Shown in pieces: positions 25,479 to 37,100 of a stretch of 64,000 nucleotides of DNA. The notes under the pieces were generated by a model. It was given only the letters and a program-made list of their open reading frames with translations. It made no database searches and was not told the origin of the DNA. Source of the stretch: Antedon mediterranea (lineage: Eukaryota; Animalia; Echinodermata); contig NC_092674.1 of the NCBI RefSeq assembly GCF_964355755.1, positions 7,564,001 to 7,628,000 on the forward strand, given 5' to 3'. The position numbers and the translations under genes are program-made. How positions within the stretch are numbered: the first letter of the stretch is position 1; each line of letters opens with the position of its first letter.

Positions 25479-26093
25479 TAAATAATATTTCCAAATTATA
25501 TAGCAACATTTTATTATTCATGCCTTCATGGTACAGTAACTGTTGTTTAAACGCACCCACATGATTTAAACACGCAACCACTGAATTCAATACAATACCA
25601 TTCATATTTGTATTGTGCATTATCCAAGTGTTTCTTTTAAATTAAAACGACACCTATTATTAAGTTATAATTATAAAAAATCACACTTTCACTTATTATT
25701 CATTCATTATTAGTCTCTATTATAGTTTTTTGTTCTGTTTCCTGTTCCGTGTTGTCCTGTTTTTCCCTATCAGTTTTTTTGGCTGCCTCTCACAAATATT
25801 TTCCCTTCTAAGTTGCTCAAATTATTGTACTTTATTATAATTTTATGAATTTTCAAGATAAATAAATGTTATATAGGCTCATAAATATAGCTTTATATTT
25901 TAATTGTTTTCTTTTTATACAATATTTACCAGGCTTCCTCTTCAAATCTATTTCGTTGTGAATTTCAGATTTGGTTGTAGGCTGACCCCTCTATGGGCCA
26001 GTTTACATGCTTGTCCCACGTAAAATCGCTATCTATCCTGAGCTGGTTTCCGTTGAACCATCCATCCACTCGGCGTTTGTGTAATGGTCATAA

Positions 26094-26277
26094 AGGCCAA
26101 TTTACACAGATGAGCGGTAACGGTAAGTGGAAAACCGCGTAGCTTGTCCCACGTATAATCTGTATCTTTCCTGAGCGTAAACCGCCCGTCCGCTCTGCGT
26201 TGTGTGTAATGTCATAAGGAATAACATAGATTCTATAATTTGAATTATCGTTTTCGCTCGTCTGTGTAAATTGGCCT
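26094..26277. mobile_element. Harbinger-type MITE family D
   Basis: TIRs aggccaatttacacaga / tctgtgtaaattggcct with TAA TSD; relatives at 25995-26090, 10590-10885 and 33890-34125. Confidence 0.85.
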
Positions 26278-27542
26278 TAATTCTGTTTTATATTTAATTT
26301 ATATCAGTTTCAAACGGCTTCTTACTTCCCATTTTCTAAATTCCTCTTTCTTTTGTTACTTTCTTATGTATTGAGTTGGGAGGCATAACAAAACGCACCA
26401 TTGTTATTATTATCAGGGTTATTTGAATCCCCAAAATTGTTTTTTTTTCAAAATGAATAGCAAGAATACGAATGATTTTAACATATAAGTGAGAATACAT
26501 AAAACAGTACTAATACAAGTATAGGGAAATTGATCGCTATCTAAATAACAAGGCTATCTAATTGGTAATGTAATCTCTTTAATTAGAAATAAAGTTCGCC
26601 AAGTAAGTAAGTCAATGACGGTGACAAATATCTGATAAATGGCCTAGAGCATACGATTAAAAAGATGTGAAACAACTTACACCGATAATTAAAATTACTG
26701 CCGATTTATTTGTTTTTAAAGAAACATGTATAGGCCTAGTTCTTGCATGATTGTATGTGATAGGTGATAGTATAAAGTGAGTTGCTGTATTATAATTAAA
26801 ATTATTATATGGTGTCGACATTTAGAATCCACGGTAAAAAAAGGTGTTCTTGTCCCGTTTCGTGACTGATCCGCCGGGGATTACCGACTCCTATTTTCTG
26901 TTACGTAACAAAAGCTACATGAATTCCACTACGTATATGGTATTTTGAAGATTTAGTAGAATCCAGGTACCGGATGTCAAATCTCGTGCCCATTGTTACA
27001 TTTTATGAAATCGTTATGAAATATGAGATGAGGGCTATTGTGTATGTCGAACGAGTTTATTGTCTGTGTAACTATTTTTAACTAAAAACCAAATACCGAC
27101 CCGCTTGAATAAGCTACCAGACGCTTTGACAAATTTATTTATAGAAATGTTTGATTATTATGGATATTTTCGATGTAGGATGTGAATGCTTATATTATTC
27201 TCACGCAATGGGTTAAAATCATTCTAATTACACTAGCCTCTATTGAGGCCCACACGACCAGGAAATGCCACTGTTGAAGTGGGAGGGACGTTATGAGTAC
27301 GATAATGTGTGTGGTACTAGGCCTACCAAAATAATCCTTTTAACTAAAAATAGTAATTAATGTTTAAAGCTTGAATATGATAATGCTGAGACAATTCTTT
27401 TTGACAAGTATTCATTCATTTTTCATTTTTATAACGTCATTATTGATAATTTAAATACAAGTTAGTCAAGCTGTCGAAATCTGATGTGAAATCACATTAT
27501 ATCAAGACCCTATTTCAGCACACGTATTTGACGGATGCGTAA

Positions 27543-27660
27543 AGCTCTGTCTACACTATCAAACTTTATGTGACAATCACTACCATATTTAAACGTATCA
27601 CTACCATATTTGGTACATCACATTTTTTTGTCACATAAAGTTTGATGTGTAGACAGATCT
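27543..27660. mobile_element. Harbinger-type MITE family C
   Basis: agctctgtctacactatcaaactttatgtgacaa..ttgtcacataaagtttgatgtgtagacagatct. Confidence 0.85.
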
Positions 27661-29498
27661 TTAAAATTGCTTGCTGCGCGCGGATCACTCTACCACGTCA
27701 TGGTGACGATTTAAAACCTAGTGCATAACACGTTTAATTGTTTACGATTTATGTAAATTGTTACACCGCCATCCACATGAGGAGGCCTGGTATACTGCTA
27801 ATAGTAATATAGATAAAGACGTTTTCATTAAAATCTAGTTTACCTCGCCAATTGAAAAGATTGAAAACAAGGTCGACCTTTGTGAATGAATACTCGTCTC
27901 TTAGCTACGTTGTTTTCAGTCCTTCAAACTCAGGATGAAAAGAAGCTCTATCGAAATTAAAACACGATTATTGTGTTAATTCTATGGTCAAATATACTAT
28001 ACGACAAAATAGGATGTATTGTAATCGTTATAATCTTTAGATGAATCGCTGAGTATTGGCTTTCAAATGTTGTTGTATTTGAAGAGCCACTTAAACCATG
28101 GTCTTATAATAATAGATTCTTTTCGTTGAAAGTCCTTGAATTAATCGTTGTAATTAAAATAAATTAATGTTATTTAACAAAAGCTCGACAACGTATTATT
28201 TGTTGTTATTTCAATCTGTTGTTAAAATAAGTGGAAATTATTGCTAAGGCAACAAAAACATTACAAAGAAGGTGCGCCAGCGAAGGCTGCACAGATGGCC
28301 TTTATGTAACAGTTAGTCCGTATTATTTAGCTGTTCAATACCAACACAGCTCGGCCTAGCTACTAATGTAAAACTCATCATACTCATATAATTTTAAAAT
28401 CACATTTCATCAGGAGGTTAATGTTCATTCAGGCTTTACGTATGGTTTGCCTTTGATTTTGTATCCGGTTTTTAGAGATTGGTCTGTAATTGGAGGGTTT
28501 TACTGGAAAAATTAAAACTTGGCAATCAATCATTGCTCGTCAGTCACGATTTACTAATGATATAAGAAACGAATATAGGCCGACTGGAATAAATGAGTAG
28601 CCTCTCTTCTATCAAACCGCCTTTCATTTCATTTCATTATTTATTTGGTCTATTTCAGTATATACATAACAAAAAAAATGAAATTGGGGAGACCATGGCC
28701 AACAACATTACTACATTATGGACCTGTTCAGATTTTGTTATATACCCTGTTAAATTGGTTTCACAGGCAAAAAATTGGGTGGTAGGAACCAACTTACCTA
28801 GGTAAATAAATTCCGGGTTTATATGATTGATAGTATTTGGGCCTATGGTAGTCATATTAGATTTGTAGGAATGTAATACAAAGATATGAAGACATACATT
28901 ATTTGAACTTCACTTAAAACAAAGACACCATACTTATTGATTTTATAAATTTCAAGATTAACCTGTGTATAGAGTTTATTCTTTAAGTATAGGCTTCGTA
29001 TTTATTTTATATCCGCTCCAGTAAGCGTGAATTCTCATCAATTTACCTGAATTCAACTACAAAGGACGTATATGAATGAATGCGCTGCTTACGTATAACG
29101 TAAAAACGTAAGCGCAAGGTATATAGGCGCAACGCAACCAAGTATAGGTGGGACGCGTATGGGTGGGACGCAAACACGTAGACGCGCGCAATACAACGAT
29201 AGGCGCAACGTAATTTGACCGAATGAAACAATATAACAAGAGGCGTACGGTATTATTTATTTAACTCTGCAGAGTTACCTTTTAATACAAAATAAAATAA
29301 TTAAGCATATAATAAAATAACAAGTCATTGAATTAGAGTCGGTGGCAAGACATTTAGCTTTATTTTATGAAATATAATATAGCATCATTTTCTATTAATA
29401 GCTTTTTAAATAATATACATCATGTTTCTTTTTCTTTATTAGTTGTATCCTTGTTTTACTTTTAATAATAGGCCAATGAATCGATTCAGGCTTAGTAA

Positions 29499-29624
29499 AG
29501 CTTGGTTCCCACTTGACTAATACGCAACGTAAGTGATTTGACCAATCATAAGCAATCGATTATTTGAACAGTCGCGTGTGATTGGTCAACTCGCTTGCGT
29601 TGCGTCGCTAGTGGGAACCAATCT
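29499..29624. mobile_element. Harbinger-type MITE family A, short variant
   Basis: agcttggttcccact..tgaccaatca..tgattggtca..ctagtgggaaccaatct. Confidence 0.75.
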
Positions 29625-30007
29625 TTAATAACAAGATTTCGGTGCGGGAGAGTCAGACGAAGGAGACTGTGTCAGACGAGCGGAACGTTTATTCCGTCCA
29701 GGACACATGGTCTGTTAAATTATAGGTCTTCTTCGGCTACCGCCCTAAGACAAAAGCTCGGTTTACCCGGATAATTCGGTCACCTATCCACAAAAGTTAG
29801 CGATAATTGGTCCACATGAAACCAACATATCCGTTAAATAGTCTGAATAAGCCGTATGTTAAAATGGTAGCAAGAATTAGGCCTACTTGGAAGGATGTTT
29901 TAATCATAAACAGTTAGCAACAACAAATTCCCTATAATTAAACGCTTAAAAAAACATTATATTAACTATTGTTTATTCTGTGGATGACAATGATAGTGCA
30001 TTTGATG

Positions 30008-31237
30008 TCACCTACCATTCTTATTTGTGTCCTTAGCCATCTCAACATCAAGAATAGGATATACTATTCCATTTACATTCCTTCCGATTGGTATATTAAT
30101 GCCATCAGCATTAGGGTCCCAACAAACGGAAGGCACGTGACGTTCTACTCGTTCATAAGTGTTCCGGTCCGTATTATTAACCCTTAACGTCACCAAGGAC
30201 CCATTTGAAAGACGCCTATCACTTGTTCTATTTCGAGCCATGTGAATAAGTATAGAAAACGCTTTTCGAAATTCACTGTTTAAAGCTGCGTACACAAGCG
30301 GGTTTATCAATGAGTTAATATATCCCATCCAGAGCACGACGAAATAGGTGGAATCAGGAAGGTTCCATTCGAATACTGGTTGAAAGGTAAAAATCGTGAA
30401 GTATGGCACCCAACAGACGACAAAACATCCCATCACTATTGCCATTACTTTAAGCGCTTTATGTTCGTCTACCACCTTGATATGTTGTTTTCGATTGTTA
30501 TTAAACTGCGCTGATAGCCTAGCTATGGCTTTCGCCTGCTTTCGAGCAACGATGACTATTTTGCAGTATAGTCCTGACATCAGCGTTAGCGGCACAAAAA
30601 ACAGCAAAATTCCGTCTAATAATGCAAAAAGTGTGTTAGTTTCTAACTGGCATTCAGAAGGGTTCGTGTAACTTTGAACGTCACCAGACTCTGTGTTCCA
30701 GCCAAGGTGTATTGGAAGAAAAGAAATGAGAAAAGAAATAATCCATACAATAGCTATTCCAAAAAAGGCCATTCTCCTTGTCATAACTGTCTTATAAGTA
30801 TATGGTTTAAGAATAGCTACGTATCTATCTACGCTAATGACAAGCAAATGTAATATTGAGGCCGTGGAGAACAGAACATCGCACGACACATATATATTGC
30901 AGAGTTCAGGTCCGAAGTCCCACGTTTGGGATATTGTGAAGATTGCACTAAAGGGTAACACAGTAAGACCAAGGAGTAAATCAACCATCGCCAGCGACAC
31001 GAGCAGCGTGTACGTTGAAGTTCGAAGCATAATGTTAACCCATGGAGAAAGACAAACCAGTATGTTTCCACAGATGATTAAAATAATTATAATTGTGAAT
31101 AGAATTCCTAAGCCGATAGATCTTGATGTTAAATTGGTTGTATCGTCTGCTGGTATGGTAGTTCCGTATTCGAATGTGCTTTCCAATAATGATACAGTTT
31201 GTGTTGTAGGCCTAACACTTGCGTTAGAGTCTGCCAT
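30008..31237 (-). CDS. HRH2: Histamine H2 receptor-like class A aminergic GPCR (intronless, 409 aa)
   Basis: Seven hydrophobic segments; GN in TM1, LAxxD in TM2, TM3 CDVLFSTASILHL..DRY, ISFLPIHLGWN in TM4/ECL2 (H2-like), TM5 LLDG, EHKA, CWVPYF, NSLINPLVY. Confidence 0.88.
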   Translation of the reverse strand: MADSNASVRPTTQTVSLLESTFEYGTTIPADDTTNLTSRSIGLGILFTIIIILIICGNILVCLSPWVNIMLRTSTYTLLVSLAMVDLLLGLTVLPFSAIFTISQTWDFGPELCNIYVSCDVLFSTASILHLLVISVDRYVAILKPYTYKTVMTRRMAFFGIAIVWIISFLISFLPIHLGWNTESGDVQSYTNPSECQLETNTLFALLDGILLFFVPLTLMSGLYCKIVIVARKQAKAIARLSAQFNNNRKQHIKVVDEHKALKVMAIVMGCFVVCWVPYFTIFTFQPVFEWNLPDSTYFVVLWMGYINSLINPLVYAALNSEFRKAFSILIHMARNRTSDRRLSNGSLVTLRVNNTDRNTYERVERHVPSVCWDPNADGINIPIGRNVNGIVYPILDVEMAKDTNKNGR

Positions 31238-33107
31238 TACTGAACCAATATTCTATGTCGGTTTTTCTTATGATTTCAGGTTTGCCCTTCGTACTTTGAT
31301 TTTAGTGAAGTCGATTTTGATTTTCCTCATGACTGGACAACATCTTTCAGAAAGCTTCGTATACACCTGCCGCGCAATACGTTACTATGGTGTTTACAAA
31401 AATACATGAATTGTAAAAATACGACAAGCCATGTCAAAATAAGTGTTCGACGTCCATAATATACTTTAATGTATATGTAAATAAATTTTCTATTAGGCTT
31501 AATCGAAAGTACTGCCGTCCGGCTGAAGTATCGGGCCTTCTAAGCATGCAACAGTGTTGGTACGTCAATCCCAACTGAGCATACGATACCATTTCACAAC
31601 TGCTTTCAGTCGGTGAACGACTTTCAATACGTAAAGGAATACCGTCAAGGACGCCACCTACATTATTTGAGAAAATCTATTACTGTAATTATAACACACA
31701 CTCTCATGTTTGGCATGGAGCCGTACAGTACATTTAGACTATACTTTAAAGCTATAACAATTCAATATGAACAATTCAATATGAACAATTTGCGAACGGA
31801 AGTGAATCTTATGGTTATAGTGTTTTTGGAACCGTTATGTACTGAAGTGAAACGACTAATATCAAATATGTATACCCATTACCATTATTTAACTAATAAC
31901 GCATAACAGCGTGATCAAAATACACAATAAAAGGACGGCTTTGTTTATTCGGTTACAGCCATTCATCAAATTTAGCCCTCACAAAGAAATCTAAACTATT
32001 TTTAGGCTTAATTTCAATGCGATCGTTACTATCAAAATAGAATTATACACAGAAGTCGAGCATTACGTTTTTTGTCGGGAGTTATATGAAATCTGTGCAT
32101 GCGTATAACGCTGAAAAGCCACGACTGGCCACGCCCCGTCATTCCGGTGCCTTACAACTATTTATTAAGCCAATCAAATCATCCGCTTCGTTCGTCGTGG
32201 TGAACAGACGAGTTAAAATAAAGCAGAAATTCTCTTTCAAAACTAATGATACAATGATAATTAACTAATTGATGAGCCCGCGATTGTATTTACTTTCTTC
32301 CAAAACAGTGATTTGTAATACAAGAAGAACCTATAATCATTGTGTACAATAATTCAATTGTAGGCCGCCTAGGCCTCCTATGGTATAAGCCGAACTGTTC
32401 GCTATTGTGTGGTAAATGCAATGGATTACTATACTGTAATTTATTGTCAGATTAGGCATAGTGTACATTGATTACATAAAACTTAAAATTGAGAAAAAAT
32501 TCACCAAACACGCTTGTGAGGTCTTAGGACAGATTTTTAAATGGTGGAGCATTAGTAGGCCCTACCTGTCAAAATACCTGTCGAAAAAAGTGGAGAGTGC
32601 GCGCCCTAAATGCACCTGCTGGACCCGTTCCTGAGTCTACCTTGTAGGCCTATTTATACCGTACGACTGTTATACTTATTTCGTTTTATTTATAATGAAG
32701 TTAGAGTCTAGAAACCACAATGCAAAACAGGTTTTGTTTTACGTGTAAGCCTGTATAAAGATGTTGTTAAATAAAAACAGAGAACAGAGAAAAATATCCC
32801 AAACAATGATTACTTTCTCTTTAGTTTTCAACCAGGGAAGAATGAAATGTACACTCGTCCCTGGTTCAACATAAAAAATAACGTCATTCCTTACCGTAAT
32901 TTTTTAAAACTTAACTCAGAACTCCCACGGCTTAGATCTAATTGAACATTATAGGCACTGATTAAAACCAATACCGTACGTGGTAAAAATACAAACAAGA
33001 AAGAAAGATTGTATGTACAAGCAAAGATATGCCTTCAACAGAATATGCACTAGTTAAGATAGAATGCGAAGCAAAAATAATCGGTAATCGTTCCCTCCCT
33101 TTTTTTT

Positions 33108-33294
33108 AGTTTGGTTCGCATTAGGGCGCAGCGAAAGGACGTATTCGCAGCGCAAGGACATACGCGCAACGCAATTACGTAAGCGCTACGCAAGTGATTT
33201 GACTAATCACAGTGTGGGAGTGGATTATTCGAACTTGGTCAACTCGCTTTCGTTGCGTTTAGTCCTTGCGTTACGTCCTAGTTGGAACCAAACG
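33108..33294. mobile_element. Degenerate Harbinger-type MITE family A
   Basis: agtttggttcgcattag..cctagttggaaccaaacg with acgcaa-rich interior. Confidence 0.6.
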
Positions 33295-34194
33295 TTATCA
33301 ACCTACCCATAGCTTATATCTTGAAAAATCAACACACTACTGTACAATTATTACATAATCTTTCGATTTAAAAAAACTATATGACTGTTTGTCAGACTTT
33401 TAAAAATGCTTATATATAGGACTATATATTTTAAAATATTAGTTCTTGGTCATGTAACACTAAAATACTAAATAGCCCGAAAACACAACATAGCAGAACG
33501 AATTGAATTGAACATCAATGGGCTTTACAGAAAGTGAATTGAATAAACTTGAAACGAGGGCATCTAATTAATTATCCTGTCTTGATAAAAATCGTAATGC
33601 TAAAGATGAAGATAGCTAGAGGCATTTGTACTGTGTCAATAACCTGTCTTATAATACTAGAAATTAAAACATCTTAACAATCCCGTACGATTCACAAAGG
33701 CAATCGAGCAAAATGGAAAATCGAAGGTTCAGATATAAAATGTTTGTTTATACAGTTAAACACAGCCTACTCCTCGCAAAATGACTTGTACGTACAGAAT
33801 AGCAATACATGTGTAAGAGTATTATTATGTATAGGTACCGTACTGCTGTAGAGGGCAGCAAAACAGTAAATACTCTTCGTCAACAGGAACACAGAGCAGT
33901 AACGGGAAGCGGTAATGGTAAGCGGAAAACCACGTGGCTGGTCCCATCTACACAGCGCGCGGAATTCGCAAGATGAGGTGTTGCGGAAAGTAGGTGCCTG
34001 TAGGCATCGAGGCTACTGTATGTTGCAAGCACTGCTGCTGGTCATAAGAAATAACATTTATTCTATGTTTGCGTTTTCCGCGTACAATTACAGCTTACCG
34101 TTACCGCTCTCGTCTGTGAAATGCGCAAAATGATATAACATAAATACTCGCAAACCAAGCTGCGTTATCAAACAATCATATTATAGAACTAGAT

Positions 34195-37100
34195 TTACAG
34201 TTCATCCTTACTGTTAATTTGGTTTATTTTTTGTTTTTGTTGATCTTCAAAACGTTCTTTGTTTAGGCCTAAGCCTTCTAAAATGTTCTTATGCCTGCTT
34301 TGTTCGTCTTGAAAGTTTTCTACGATTTCTTGCGTCAGTTTAGGCATATTCTGGCTGCTATGACGTCGTGTTTCTTGATGATGCCGAATTGTATTTTGAT
34401 GGTGCAGTCTGAGTATGTTGTTTTCCTTATTTGTTAAATCGTTAAATATCTTTTTCTGTTGTTTCATTTTCATATATTGTATTTGCCGTTCTTCGTCCGT
34501 GTCAACAGGTAGCCAATGATTAGCGATCCATTTATCACCTCTCTTAATATCGCATCCACCATGAAGAGAGTACACGTCAATATCACCAATCCAACCTACG
34601 AGAAAGAACAATGTTAAAATATTGTATTCAAGCTTACAGTTTCCCACTATGACGTAACACAATGGTGGAACGTGACGTAACAAAATGGTGGAACGTAGCG
34701 CAACGTAATTCGGGTGATCCATCGCGTCATTATGATGTGATTTTCGAGTAAAATTACTTGATGCAAGGCAATCTAACAACAGTATGATGAGCTCTGGAGA
34801 TCAAATGGTTTATCTGTGGCTGCGAAACGTACAGTTCTACGCCCCTAAAGCGTGGTTCCCACCAGCGACGCAACGCAAGGATGTAACGCAACGCAAGTGA
34901 ATTGACCAATCACAAGCGATGGCTTATTCGCTTGTGATTGCTAACTGTCTATAACTTCGCTTGTCATTGGTTAAAACGCTTGCGTTGCGTTTACGTCCTT
35001 GCGTTACGTTCTAGTGGGAACCACGCTTGATAGATACCGCGCGCCGCGGAGAATATACATTATTGTTATTTGTCGCAGCAAGAATCTTCGCAAGGAAAGC
35101 CCAGTATCTTTTTCCTTTTGCCTTCCTTCGGACCAACACGTCAATAAATTGTTGTTACCTAACGTCGGTCCACCTTCGCTTATTGTAAAACTTTCGTTCA
35201 GATTTTACTCATAACATTTCGCAATTTTAGTGCTGATCCTGAACGAGTTTCTAACAATTTTGATATTTTATAAGAGGAACATTCGAGTATAAAATCATCA
35301 TTTTGCAATATCAGTGGGATTTATTCCTAGCTGAACATCCAAACTGCCGTTTGTGATTGGTCAACTAACTTGCGTTGTGCTACGCTGTTGCGCTGCAGCG
35401 TCCATGCTTGAGCGATGGTTGGCATTATTTTTGTCATAAACTACTGTATATTGCATAGATTTTACCTACCTATGTCTTCATTCAGTACGTGATTGTACCA
35501 CATCACAGCTTTGCCCTTCTTTGGTTTAACTACAACATTAGCATCCTCGCAGTGGTTACTCAAATCGGTGATTGTATTTCCCGCCATATACTGATCATAA
35601 ATAAATAAATAAAAATTAGTATTAAATAATGTTTTGGTGAATTAAATTCTTTAAATTGGGGCACTCATTAGTTTAAAACAGGACAGGCATAATTAGTTTA
35701 AAATATAGAAAGTCAAACTTTTGAAATAAGTGTTACAATAACAAATTAAATCTAAACAAGAATATTTCTTACAAAAAACGCTGCTCGCTTATTGTTATTG
35801 CTAAGGTCAAGTCTGGGGGTCACTTCATCACGCCTAGATACTTTAAGTATCCTATTACAAACAAAAACTTCAATGGACTGTTTTGATAATAATTCAATGA
35901 TTATCTGACAGTGAATTATAGTAATATCATGGGACTCATAAATACCATAAATGCTTTGGGATTTGTCATTAGACTCTTTTCCCAGCCGTTTTTTGGATTC
36001 AACAGGTGGTACCTATAAATTATAGTCGGGTTTCCATTTTAACAAAAATGTCAAAGTGTAGTACTATACTGCTGCTTGATTTCATCTAATGAATGAGTCA
36101 TCTCGTGTGACGTAGCGGGGTAGAGCAGCAGCGTGAAAACATAATGTTAAGGACACATTTACGAGAAAAAATAGGTACTGTGTTTCAACTTGTATTTGGA
36201 CGTATTTGGATTGTCGTTAAGTTTTTCTGGAGCCCCAGACATATCATGTTATGATGACTCTGTTACTTTTGGGGTCCCAGAACATGTTTGATGTCGAATA
36301 AATAAATGAAATGGATAGAGATTTAAAGGAAGGATCTAAAGTATAGTACCATGCATAAGTTAAGTGTCATAAGTTAAGTGTCATAAGTTAAGTGTCATAA
36401 GTTAAGTTTCATACAGTTAAGTTTCATACAGTTAAAGTGTCATACAGTTAAGTGTCATACCTTTCTGTGGAATGTCACATTGTCTGCAACTGGAAATGCC
36501 GTTTCGCCCCCTTCTTCAACATCATTAAGGTAGTACATCACCGTTACATATCTATGCAAAATATAAGCCACATAAATGGGAGTGGGTACCGGTAATACTG
36601 AACTAGGAAACTGCGAAACTGTGTAGGAAATCAGAACTGTTGCTGCAACTAGTAGCATTTTAAAGCGTGTCAATAAGAAGAACAATGTAGAGATACTATG
36701 TTGAATAGAACATGAACACAGTCAGAGGAATTTTGTGAACTTTGATCCTATAAAACTTTACCCAATCCATTTTTATTATTGAAGCAAGAGAGGAAGAATA
36801 AGCGAAACTCCATGCCTATGTTTTTTTTTCTGGAATTTCGAACATACTGACCAATGAATGACACCTAAACCCAAGTTATGAACACCATGTAAATGCGAGA
36901 TAGTACTAGCTTAATTGATTAATAAAGTGTTTTAAAATGCCTGAAAAAAAAAAGGAAACGACTAAAAACAGAACATAGCCAGCCGAAGCTGACTGGGTAA
37001 AGAACCACCTGAAAAACAGAACACAACTAAATTTCATGTATTTTAATTAATTTCATAACATACCTACACATACGATATTTGTTAAAATCGAGTTTCACAG

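Noticed and set aside
30396-31409. ORFs overlapping the GPCR (30396-30671 +, 30837-31409 +, 30829-31071 -)
   Set aside because: Shadow frames of the receptor CDS with no recognisable motifs.
34596-34779. N-terminal part of the listed 194-aa ORF
   Set aside because: Intronic read-through; homology with paralog 2 and the acceptor place the exon start at 34595.
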